Below, one piece after another: positions 46,026-57,900 of a stretch of DNA of 64,000 nucleotides (positions within the stretch are counted from its first letter, which is position 1; each line of letters opens with the position of its first letter). The DNA lies in the NCBI GenBank assembly GCA_977016875.1, contig CDRNST010000218.1, forward strand, positions 992,001 through 1,056,000, written 5' to 3'. The position numbers were made by a program, and so were the translations under genes. The notes under the pieces are model-generated. The model made no database searches, was not told the origin of the DNA, and was given only the letters and a program-made list of their open reading frames with translations. Source of the DNA: Pavona decussata (lineage: Eukaryota).

Positions 46026-48751
46026 ATGCCTAACTTCAAGAAAACCGTTACCATCACACGCCGTAACTTGAAACAAAGCCGCAGCCGCTTTTTGAACCGG
46101 GAATTATTTACTTTGGCTATGGAATTAGCCGATCACACCTTTAAGAAGACCAAACTTGCCAGTCACATCACCTTCATTGGTCGCAGTTTACGAAAACGAG
46201 TGATTCCCAAGAGATTTCGAGTCCGTTTTCATCCAGCTGATGGCCATCGACACAACAGGCGCCTTTCAAGGATCACAGACTCATGTTCAAGACGACTAAT
46301 GCAAGCCACTATCCAGAACTTGAAAATTCAACTGAACAACATCTCTACTCTCAAGTCGCGTGTTTGTAATCACTTCCACGATGAATGCGCTTCAGCTGAA
46401 TACAACCGAGCCTTGACCTTGATATTGGAAAAGAACTCTGAATTACATCGCGAGATTAAATCAATCAAGGACGCCAAATTTGCTTCTTTACGTGGTGAGG
46501 TGCCGTTTAATCACAGTACCGCCGATCAAGCTAGGGCTCCTACCCTCACAAGAACGGTAGTCACCATTCCTGACGACCTTACTCTCAACGATGCTGAGAC
46601 CTCGGTGCTTAGCAAGGGTCTTACATTTGTTCCTGTGAACAATACGACCGATGAATACGAGGTTAGAGCCGACTGTGAGAGGTACTTCCGCCGTCTGCGC
46701 CTCAAAGCCCATTTCCATGACAGGGAGGAAGTAAACCAAGAGCCGGATGCTGATGATCCATTCAGTAAGTTTAATAAGAAGATCTCAACATGGACCCCCC
46801 TTAATGGAAAATTCTCTGCGCTGGATCACTACATTGATCGCTGCCGCCGTGGTATTTCCTCACAAAATTACACGAGGCGTACCAACATAACTAATTTATC
46901 ACAAGAAGAACAGCAAGCCATACGAGAACTAAGAGGACGCAGTAACATAGTAGTTAAACCTGCAGATAAAGGGGGTGCAGTGGTTGTCTGGTCGCGCGAC
47001 TTGTACATTCAGGAAGCCAATCGCCAACTATCTGATGATCGATTTTATCAACGTCTTGAAGCAGATCCAACACAAGATTATCAAAAAATCGTTAAGGACA
47101 CCCTGAAGGACATGGTCGCCACTTGTGAGCTACCACCGACGGCTCAACACCTTGTGGTCACAACCCCACGTACTTCGCGATTTTACATATTACCTAAAAT
47201 CCACAAGCCGGGTAACCCTGGGGGTCCAATTGTTTCTGCATGCAGTTGTCCTACAGAGAACATTTCAGCGTACCTTGAAGAGGTAATGGCTCCATTTGTC
47301 AGAAACCTTCCTACTTATATCAAGGATACCAACCACGCTCTTCGTGTTTTTGATTCGTTCAGTTTTGATGATATGGACGCTCGTTCTCGTTTTCTGTTCA
47401 CCATGGGCATTAAGTCCCTATATACTGTCATCCCTAATGATGGTGGACTTGAAGCTCTCGCTCATTTCCTGGACCAACGGACCAACAAGGAACCACCGAC
47501 GCACACACTGACCCGTCTGGCTGAGCTTTTGCTGACTCTCAACGCATTCTCTTTTAATGGCCAACACTATCGTCAGACTGGTGGAGTGGCCATGGGTACC
47601 AAGATGGGTCCAAACTATGCTTGTCTATTTGTCGGGTTCGTCGAAGAACAGATCTATGCAAACTATACTGGCTTTCTTCCCCAGTTACACAAGCGCTACA
47701 TTGATGACGTAGTTGGGGTTGCTCAGTGCACTCGCCTGGAGTTGGAGCAGTTCATCGATTACGTCTGTAATTTTCATCCAGCTCTCCAGGTTAACATTTA
47801 CCATTAGTGAGCTGGAGCTGCCGTTCCTTGACATCAAGTTGTCTATTAACGGCAGCGGGATACAAACGTCGGTATACTACAAGGAGACTGACTCACATAA
47901 CTATCTCCACCACACAACAGTACAAACAGGCAATCCCTTACAGCCAGTTTCTCCGTCTCCGACGGATCTGTTCTAATGACGACGACTTCAATAACAAAGC
48001 GGAGGAAATGAGAAGCTTTTTCTCAAAACGGGGCTATCCGGAGCAGCGCCTGAACGACGATCTACAGAGGCTCGCGACCATCTCGCGGGACGCAGTTCTA
48101 AACCCAACACGCCTTGGCGAAACTACTGACAGCAGAGTGCCTCTGGTATTGACCTACCATCCTTTCAACACTGGAATCAGAAAGATCTTGTTGGACAATT
48201 TTGACATCTTGTCAACGGATCCTGAAACATGTGGAAGCTTCCCTGAGCCGCCCCTCGTCTCATATCGTCGTGACAGAAATCTCAGAGATATTCTCGTGCA
48301 TTCCACTGATGGCCCTACAACGCCTTCTGCTGCTGGATCCATTCCCTGCCGTCGTCCCCGTTGTCAGACATGCCAGTACATAACATCTCAGACTGTTCTT
48401 CATGGACCCAAAAGCGCACACACCATCCGCGACTGTTTCAACTGTCAGTCTGAGAATGTTGTCTACTGTATCACTTGCCGCCGTTGTACCAGCATGTACA
48501 TCGGAGAGACTGGAAGGCGCATACGGGAACGCTTCAGTGAGCACCTGCCCAGTATTCGCAATCGAACTCCTGTGCTTCCCGTAGCTGAACACTTTAACTC
48601 CACCTCCCACTCGATAGACGATATCATGGTCTGCGGCGTCAAGCAGTGCACGGGGAACAACCTCCATCGAAAGCGGCAGGATATGAAGCTTATCTTCACG
48701 CTTGGCACACTTAGGCCAAGCGAACTTAACATTAATTTTAATTTCTTTTAA
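46026..48751 (+). pseudogene. Penelope RT-GIY-YIG polyprotein, frameshifted
   Basis: LSKGLTF, KPADKG, YILPKIHK, GVAMG, KRYIDD, CRRPRCQTC linker, NVVYCITC..MYIGETGR..RFSEH. Frameshifts near 47790 and ~47915; RT motif A reads FTMGIKSLY (Asp to Gly). Confidence 0.9.
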
Positions 48752-50699
48752 TTTCTTTTAGTTTCTTTTAGTTTCTTGTATTTATTTTTATATTTATTTT
48801 TATTTCTTCTTCTTGCGCGCGTGTTCCACGTGCGCGCGCATGCGCCTTACAGTTGCGGTTTAAATGTAATTTATGAGGATTCTTTTACGTGCGCACTACG
48901 TTAACGGTTAGGTTTTTTGTATGGTGCAACGCGCCTACTTCGGTACACACTGAGTACTAATGTACTCAGTTGACACTTTATTAACGTTTTAAGGTTTATT
49001 TTCATATATTTTGTATTCAAGGGTCACGCATCTACAGAGTTTCTACTCTTTTACTATTTATATACTTTCAATCTACTGACTTAAGCGTTTTGATCAACCG
49101 GGCTTTGCTGCATATGCAAAGATGGAGTCCCTCTAGTTAAGGTCCCCGACTTGGAGGAATACTCCAGAGAGCTACAGTTCATGGAAATATCTTACGCCCG
49201 GCGATGATGTCGATGTTGGAATGTTGACTGCCCAGCTGGAAATTTTGAAAGTGCTACTGAAGGAAGCTGATTTTTTCTGCTTTGACGACATCGTAGTTAA
49301 AATCAAAGAGTTGCCTACCCCAGAAAGAAAATTGATAAACGAAGTTATTTCAGTATGCAAACTTTTATTAGTCAATCCGCCAACAAGTACATCTGGTGAA
49401 AGATCGTTTTCCACTGCTTTGCTCCACAATGACACAAGCGCGATTTAGCAACCTGACAATATTAAACAGTCACAAAGAAAGAACAGAGAGACTTTCTCTT
49501 GTAGATATTGCTAGCGAATTTGCCGACCTTAACGGTAACAAAAAGAGAAATTTTGGTATTTTTAAGGAATCTAATACATAGTAAAAATTTGCCACTTCCT
49601 CAGTATTTTTATCATTTTTTTTTTCTTTGTTTTCATTCTGATTGATGCACCACTTATACATCGTTGTGTTGAATGCAGTGGAAGTTAAATCGTTTGGGTT
49701 GCTGGTTTATTTTAAAGTGGGTGTCAGTAAAATAGATATCATTGTATGATGGTGAATTTAGAGGTCGGAGAAATAAAGTTATATCAGTTTCTGTTCGGTA
49801 ACAGTGTAGTAATTAAGGATTTCATTGATTAATTTAAACTACATTTCTCGGCATTTGAGAGGAGTTAAAATCAAAAATTATCCGGAGAAGCATCCCTCCG
49901 AATCCCCCCCCCCCCCCCCCGTAGTTCGCCCATCTTACTCGTTTGCCTTTAAGGCCGTATACCGATAATCAAAGTCTGTTGGAAGTAAAGGATTCTTTTT
50001 TAACATGGCGCATCGAGAGAATTTAAAGCTTGAGAACACGTCCGTGAAGCGCAAGCGTTGTTCCATGCATACCTTGAGACACGAAGTGTAAAGCCAGCAA
50101 CGGTCATGTGCGAGCATGCAGATCTTTTCCCAATCCTCCCGCGATAGTATCAGTCGATTAATCCACAGATCACCAAAGCGTTTGTGACACAGGTTACCAT
50201 GCTAGCGTGATGTAAGAGTTTATATGGCGTTAAAATTAAATCGAAATTTAGAAAACAATATTCCCACAAAACCCACAAAAAATATAACTAAGTCTGAAAA
50301 AGCTTACCCGGTGTGTTTTGCCGTGTTTTCAATGCTTCTCGCTGTTTTAAACGGTTTATCTCTCAGCAGCTGGTCCACGTGCAACACTGTATTATGTTAA
50401 TGGAAGGTAGGAAACTACAAGTCGAATTTGAATAAAATTTGGCCCGTCATTTGAGAAGAGCACTTCGAAAACCTCGCTAAAATTTGCTTAAAACTTAAGC
50501 ACTCGCCGAAAATTAGCTGCCCAGGAAGGACCGCACATCATCCTTCTTGCCATATGGAGAGACAGGTAAGCGAGTGCTTAAGTTTCAAGCAAAGTTTAGC
50601 GAGGTGTATGTACACAACTTTATCGGGTTGCTTTAGTGTAGGCGAGTTAACTTCATGTATAAGAGAATTAGCATCAAACCTGTAGGCGAGTTAACATGG

Positions 50700-53240
50700 T
50701 AAATAAATAGTGACAGGCCATTCACAGATCCCGAAAACGTGTCGCATGAATGTAATTGCTTTTCCGCATGTATATATCTCTCGAACTGCCTCTCTTATAA
50801 GAAAAAATTGGAGGTTCTTTAAACATTTCTTTAAGTTTAGGTTGTGATTCTATAAGATGCCATTTCTCCATTAGAATCTGTTTAAGGTTAGGCACAGATG
50901 GGTTATATTGCGTTACAAAGGGCAATATTTCTTTTTGCACTCTTGCATTTTCTTTGAGAGCCTTCTTTCTGTCAGAGAATTTGACTTCCGAGAGTGTTTT
51001 TTCTATAAGGTTGTTCGGGTAGCCTCTCGCTCGATGGCGTAATTTGAATATTGTTATGTTTTCTACGAAAGTCTCCTCTGAAGCCGTTAGTTCTTAGTAG
51101 TCTCAGGCCTTCACCTTTTACGAAGCCTTTTTGGACTCCGGGTGGGTGACAGGATTTAAAGTGCGTGTACTAAAATAAGTACGTTTGTCAGGGATAGATT
51201 TTTGTTTTCAAATCGTGCTCCTTTGTAGATGCATGTATTAAGGCAGATGATTTCTTTATCAGTAATATCAGCAGTGAATTTTATTGTCGGATGGAAGTTA
51301 TTTGCATGCTCAATGATATCATCGATATCCTCGATGTCATCGATACAGTGTATCACGATATATCTCTTCCATACCAACGGCTTTGCACTGTGCTGATCGA
51401 TATAAATTGCTGTCTCAATGAAAATAGTAGCAAAAGAGACTGCTGTTTTAGTCCCCATAGCCGTACCATGGGTCTGGAGAAAGTTTTTTCCATTAAATTG
51501 GAAAGAGTTTTCTTGTAATATAAGTCTCAACATTTCTCTAAGATAATGTGTTGGTGTAGGGGGCGTTGCCGTGTAGAATGTGTCATATGCATGGCATATG
51601 GTCATGATACCTTCTTCTTGTGGTATATTTGTATATAGACTTGTGACATCCATTGAAACAAGGATTGCATTTTGTGGAACTCTCGTTCCTTCAATGAAGT
51701 TAATAAACTGTGTTGTATCTTTAATGTATGACTGCTATTCTTTCATTATTGGTTGAAGAAGCATGAAGAAGACCGTCAACAAAAGCTGAAATTCTCTCAG
51801 TGAGGGAGTCGGATCCAGAGATTATTGGTCGACTTGGCAAGTTGACCTTGTGTGTTTTTGTAAGAGTGTAAAAAACTGGAATGCGTGGAGGGTTCGGTGT
51901 TTGAGATAACCATTTAAATGTCATTTGATCAATGTGTTTCTTTTGGTAGAGTTCTGTATTAATTTTCGGACTTTCTTAGAGGTTTCTTCTACCATTGGTT
52001 ATTCGAGGTGTCTGTAGTGTTCTTTGACCTCGATTAGTGTCCTCCCCTCTTTAATCTTGTCTATTCTGTTCATTATGACAGTGGTGGTTCCTTTGTCTGT
52101 CTTCTTGATATTTCAGTATTTCTGAGTTTTCTTTAAGTTCTCTAATAGGTTTGCGTTCTGATTTAGGCAGGTTACGTTTAGGTTCTGTTATCTCAATTTC
52201 TAAGAGTTTAATTTTTGTTTCTTCACGGTATGTCTCAAGAGTAACTGATTGTTGAACTGGTGGTTCCCAGTTAGATTTAACATAAAAGGGGTGTTTCATC
52301 TTTCCTCTATCGTGGTGGATATATCGGAGACGCATTCGTCTCGCTCAGTAATTGGTTGAAATCGTGTAGAATTTGTTTTTTAACACTATCAGTGTTAGTA
52401 TGTGGAGATTGGATGAAACGAAGGCCCTCGCGAAGGCCCTTAAGGTTAAGGTTAAGGTTTAAGGTTTCTATTGTTATGCACTTTTTCAATGGTTTATAAC
52501 AAACGGAAATTACAATATATAAGAAAAGCAACAGCCTTAAATTACATAACTTTGAAAAGTAAGATGTGCGCAGTGACCAAAGGAGCTTAGGCTTTCGAGT
52601 TGGTCACTGCCACGTGATCAGTTGTCAAGTTACAATTTGAGAGGTTTCTAATAGAAGTGCTTTTGATCTCTTCAACTTTCTTGATTTCTTGGTAAAGCTT
52701 TTTTTAGCTAATTTCTTTCGATGTTTCCGTTTATTATTCAAGTATTTTCTAGTGTTGGAGACTCTTCCTTTCCAATTAAAGGACTCAGTAGGAACACATG
52801 GATAAGCTGAAACATCTTTATTGTTCGCTTTCTCAAGATTTGACATCATCTCTTGCGTAAGTTTGAATTGAATTGGTGCACTCGTGTCTGGTGTCTTATC
52901 TAGTGTAAAATATAGATTTTTGTCGTGCTCTGAACGATTAACAGTTTTCTTGTTCGCCTTTGTTAGGCGTTCTTTGTGAGAAACTTTGTTTAAATGTCTC
53001 TTATTGGAGTCAATGTTCCTGTGGCGCTCCTAGCAGTTTCTGTTCTGCCTGTTTTCTGATCGTTTTGATCTCCTCTTTGAAATCTTTGTTAGCTCGTATT
53101 TTAGCTTTGGCATCGCAGCGCAAAGTCTTAGGGCATGTTTGTTTCTGACGGTGGGTCTCAAGTTTGAGAATAGCTTCCTCTGAATTCTTAATTCTTTTCT
53201 TAATTGCTTCTTCAGAGTTCTTCGTATGGCGGGCTCCATT
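50700..53240 (-). mobile_element. Second, decayed Penelope-like element (different family), no GIY-YIG seen
   Basis: RT fragments PVFYTLTKTHK..SRPIISG, IKDTTQF, SMDVTSLYTNIP, THGTAMGTK, WKRYI. C-terminal LPFVTQYNPSVPNLKQIL..EPPIFSYKRG. Many frameshifts. Confidence 0.85.
52441..52610 (-). mobile_element. 5'-truncated LINE-type 3' end inserted in the minus-strand Penelope
   Basis: 11-bp stem GCAGTGACCAA/TTGGTCACTGC (52570-52610), AT-rich UTR and (AACCTT)n tail. It interrupts the host reading NLTTDHV...GLRF. Confidence 0.6.
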
Positions 53241-53956
53241 ATCAATTGCATGACCTTCACCCCCCTCCTACCCCAACAACCCATGGAAGGCAATAATTTA
53301 TTATCGCCAAAAGTAATCTGACAGAATCTGTAATTTAGAGCATTAGGAGGTGTTGAATTCACTGTATTTGCTAAAGTAAGAGTAATTAATGTCCAAAATT
53401 GTTATGCCTACATTGGTACATGGGGTTGTCAGAATCACTTTAACAGTGTTGGAATTTAAATTGGTGTATAAGAAGGCCTGCTATAATTGTGCCTTCTAAA
53501 GGGAATAGGGCTGTGGATAAAAACAATGGAATGCACCAATAAGTTTTGTAGTTGGGCTAATACTACTGCCATCTTACCAGCACAATTCTCCGGAGGTACA
53601 CGTCTGCTGTACAATGAATTTGCGGTAACTTAACAGGGTTTGTCAATAAATGGAATTGCTTAGACTAAATAAGCCGTTTAGATGATATTTTGTGTAGACA
53701 TCAGGATGTGCTTTACAACTTAAGCTTAATGGTCTGACAAGGCTCACTGGTTTCCAGTGACTACTAACACTGATATAATGGCCACAAAAAACTGTAATTT
53801 GCAACGAAACTTGCACATTTTTAATTTTCCGCAAACGGGAAAAAAAAACTAAAATACAGTCCTATTTTAGCACGACAAATGCAACACAACTCGCCCTCAC
53901 AAGCAGACGTCGGTCTTTCAGCCCCGCATACAAATCAATGAGCCCCCGCTTTCTTC

Positions 53957-54075
53957 GAAATCGAGGGTCATTTAAAAACGAGTATTTGGTCAAAATGGAG
54001 GGTCAATTAAAAACCAGTCTTCGGTCTAAATCGAGGGTCATTTAAAAACGATTCTTCAGTCTAAATCGAGGGTCG
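53957..54075. repeat. Short tandem array with AAATCGAGGGTC core
   Basis: About 4 imperfect units of ~35 bp. Confidence 0.7.
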
Positions 54076-54911
54076 TCTTCGATCTATATGAATTCTTTGG
54101 TGTGATCGAGTGACCCCACGATAGAACCATTGCCACTGCAACAAATCGTTTATCGAGGGGCCTGCCACATCGTGTCGATATTTAATCAAGTCATATGTAC
54201 CTGGTTTCCCAGAAACGATGAGTGATCCTACTTCAGTGTAGGCGAATCAACCTGTAGGCGAGTTAACCTGCTGGCGAAGCGACCAGTTTCGTCAAGATCC
54301 TTCCTGGGAACCTCATTCATCCTCAAAACTCACCTCGTAACGAGTTTTCCATATTGAGACAGAAGCTGTACACAGTATTCTTTTTAACTGGTACAACACC
54401 TCAGGTAAAACATGGTCGGCTTTTCAGCGTTAGAAGTAAGTGTGAAATTTGTAGCCATTGGTATTGGGTAATTTTCCCAATATTAAAAGATCTGATGTCG
54501 CTCAGCACATGTGATGCCTCGGGCTTTGTGTTTCATCTCGCCGAGTTGTTTAATGACACTGACTTGTGTTAAAAAAATGTAATGCTTTCTGAAAAAAGAT
54601 TCTCTACCGACGCTTTCAGCTGTTCCAGTTATGTTCCTATGTGACAGGTATCTGACCAGAAAGCATATACAAAACAAATAACTCAACAGGTATGTCCCAA
54701 TCAACAGGTATCAGGAGCCCATAAGCACTGACACTAAATATACGATATGATGTTACGAATATTTTCGGGAAACATATCATCTTGCATCGGCCAGTAACCT
54801 CAAAAACGGAACCACTATTACAGGCCTGATACCCCTGATGTTGTAGTTTATAAACAAGCGTTTCCCGAACCGCTACTTTAAGTTATTTAGCGGATCCACT
54901 CTGGCGCGATC

Positions 54912-57900
54912 ATGTGTGGGAGGTTTGCCTTCATTGTATCGGCCTTTCTAAGTGTGAGTACAGTTGGCTTTCTGGTATTTGTCGCTAATCGTCACTATGA
55001 TTACTCAAGTGCCACGAACCAACAGCAAAAGCGTGCTTTGTATATGTTTTCGAAGGTCCTCGATCGGAAGAAATCAGGATTATGCCAAACACCCGAGTGC
55101 ACCAAAGTTGCAGAGTACGTTAAGAATTCAATCGATCCTATGGTTAACCCATGTGATGACTTTTTTGCGTTCAGTTGTGGTGGCTGGATCAAGCGAAACC
55201 CCATTCCTAAAAGTTACAATGATTATTCAACTTTCACTAAACTGTCAAAAGTCATCGAGAGTGAACTAAATGATCTTCTCCAAGGGTCAAAAATGTCAAA
55301 GAACGACGGTCCCGCAAACGAGGCTCTGGTTAAAACAAGAGACTTTTATACGTCATGTACGGACGAGCTGGAGATTGAAAAGTTAGGACCCAAGCCTATG
55401 CTGGATTTCATTCGACAGATTGGCTCTTGGAGTATCTGTGACGACGGAAGCTGGAACAAGTCGTCTTGGGACGTTCACAAAATATTACAGCATTTGCAAA
55501 GTACATACTATCCCGCACCTCCTTTCTTCTCAGTTGAAGTGACTAATGATCATTTGAATTCCACCAGACACCTTATAAAGGCAAGTATAATCATACTTAT
55601 AAAAATAAAAAATCAGGTATTTGTATACGTTTCTTCCACAAACTTTGGTTCTTTGAGCAACCACCTAGGACACCCCAGAGCTATACCATGTAGAGATTCA
55701 ACTGATATAAGCCGTTTGAGAGCTTTTGAGACTGAAATGTGAATTTTATTCTACTCTACTGTCCCCAACTCTTTTACTTCACTCCACTTTCTGGTCTGAC
55801 AATCCACAATAACTCGTTATTTCAATCTTGTGGACTGCTCAATACGTTCAATTTTTTCGGTCGCCACAATCAACTCGGACTCGTCTATGTATCCAGCCCC
55901 TTGAACAGTCATACTGAAGGCACCCCTTCACCGCCCGTGGGTCATGTAAAACTTAATCAAGCTATCTTACAAACATTACCCGGGAGGTTTGGCAAGACGT
56001 TTTCTACAATGGATAATTATTTTAAGGTTGGTAGCCTCATACTTTTCCCCTTTTTCAGTTCTTTGTCGTGCCCCTAAAAGATTTAAATCGAGGACCTTTT
56101 TTTTCGATAACAATACGGGGCAAAAATGTTTCAACCCTTCATCATTCCTGACGCAAAAGAACTAGCAGCAACAACAACTACTGATGATATAAGAGATCCA
56201 GAGACCGCCAAGCATATACTCCACATGACCTGGTTTAGCCACAATGAACAGCAAGGAACTCCACTACTCCTGATTGATATAGCACAACTCACGATAAAAC
56301 CAAAAATGTTATAAGAATTAGTGTACTGTCAGATTCTGGAATATGAACATCATTGTCATTTACCCATCTGGGTATTCACTGTAGGTCGATCAGTCTGGTT
56401 TAAGTCTACAGAGAGAGATTTACTTTAAACATCCCGAGGTAAGTAGCCATTTTGATTGTAGAAAAGGTAATAGAGAAACCATTACACATTTCCAATTGAT
56501 AATTAAGAGGTGGTAAAGTGGTCTTCAGAATGCATTGTTGTAGTATTTTCAGAAGCTATCATACATTAGGCAGTTACTTTCTTTTATTTTTCATGCCTTT
56601 AATATAATAGAGAGATTTAGAATCACGTTTACGGCAAACAGCAAAAGATGAGAATAGTGCAAAATTTATTTATGACCTTTGGTGCTAACGCAAAACTACT
56701 CAATTTTACTGAAAAATGTAGGGTAATATGGTCATGTGGTTATTTCTGCCGTTTGCCGTAAACGTGATTCTAAATCTCTCTAATATTATCAGCAACTGCA
56801 GTTCTGGAAAATACCTTAATTATTCAGTGACTATGCTTCGCCGCCCGGCGTGTCACCAGGCACCCTTAAGGACAGTGCCTACTTTTGTTACTGCGCATAC
56901 GTTCTGCGCGTCTCGAGATACTCGGGTTTCCTATGGGTGGTGCATACTAATAAGGGGATATTTTTGCGCGGTTTAAAACTATGCGGAGAAAGCAGAACTT
57001 TGTAAGTGCTCCTGGTATCCAAAAAGAAAACTGGGGGTAATCGTGGATTTTTCAGAGATAATAAAGCTTCAATTTGGAAAAAAATAAAACGCCAACAATG
57101 ATTTGTATTTTACTGCTTCTCAGAATAATTGTTGCTTAATTATCTCTAAGAAATGCCAAGCTACCCCCCCCCCCCTCCCCCCATTTTCTTTCTGGATTCT
57201 AGTAGCCCGAACTAAGATCTGCTTTTCCCGCATAGTTATAAACTGTGCAAAGATACTTCTGTATATGTATTAGGGGGCACCGTTCTTAAGAAACACGATG
57301 AGGATTATTGGCGTATTTATTGAAGGATCGGACTAAACACTGTTGTTTTCTTTGTTTTGTCTGTGTAGATGGTGGATATATATGTAGAATACATGTCAAC
57401 AGTTGCCAAACTTCTTGGAACAAAATGTGACACAACTTCAAAAATGCGCGAGATTATGGATTTTGAAAAACAGCTGGCCAAGGTAATTTATGTTTCACAA
57501 TATGCAACAACTACATCTTAGTACTGAACCGTTTCACCTTCCTGAGAGAAAAATATATATATTTTTGACTGAGTTAATGACATCAAGCAATAACTTAATA
57601 AATGTGTTAAGTTCTGTTGAAAAAAAAGGACCTGTCAGGAAGACATTTTAGTAAGGAAGTTAATTTGAAAACTGCAAATATAATCAGTTGAACTGGCTAA
57701 GATAGTAGGGCGTTGCTTTTTCAGTTCACCACATCAGCCGAGGACAAAGCAGAAGGGATTTACAGAAGAATGAAACTTCATAACCTGATCAAACTCGTTT
57801 CACAGGTAGAGAAGAATCCGTAAGGAGAAGTTATTCAGACTCTGGCCTTATTTTATTTTAATGAGTGTACTGAGAAACTTAATGAAGTGACTGTACTTCT

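Larger units (their letters stand above)
44679..49059 (+). mobile_element. Penelope-like retroelement (Neptune-type, RT + C-terminal GIY-YIG) in partial-tandem pseudo-LTR arrangement
   Basis: 44679-45989 is a near-identical direct copy of 47768-49059, and it precedes the long ORF region 46026-48751. The insertion is flanked by ATATA on both sides. Confidence 0.93.
43355..49920 (+). mobile_element. hAT-family transposase relic (ZMYM1/PRKRIR-like), split by two nested insertions
   Basis: 5' part 43355-43943 (CKLLSDTMDT, LCPTRWTVRA, FDFFFGLNLG..DNLSKTLQ). An 11-bp remnant at 44669-44679 reads RQIY. 3' part 49060-49580 (IYF, KRFDQPG, dimerisation domain NPPTSTSGERSFS..STMTQARFSNLTILNSH). The non-coding tail to ~49920 is inferred. 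Confidence 0.85.

Noticed and set aside
45169-48732. Antisense ORFs (135, 89, 62 aa) appearing twice
   Set aside because: Shadow frames of the duplicated Penelope GIY-YIG region.
53957-54075. CRISPR-like repeat array
   Set aside because: The spacers resemble one another, the context is eukaryotic, and there are no cas genes; it is a simple minisatellite.
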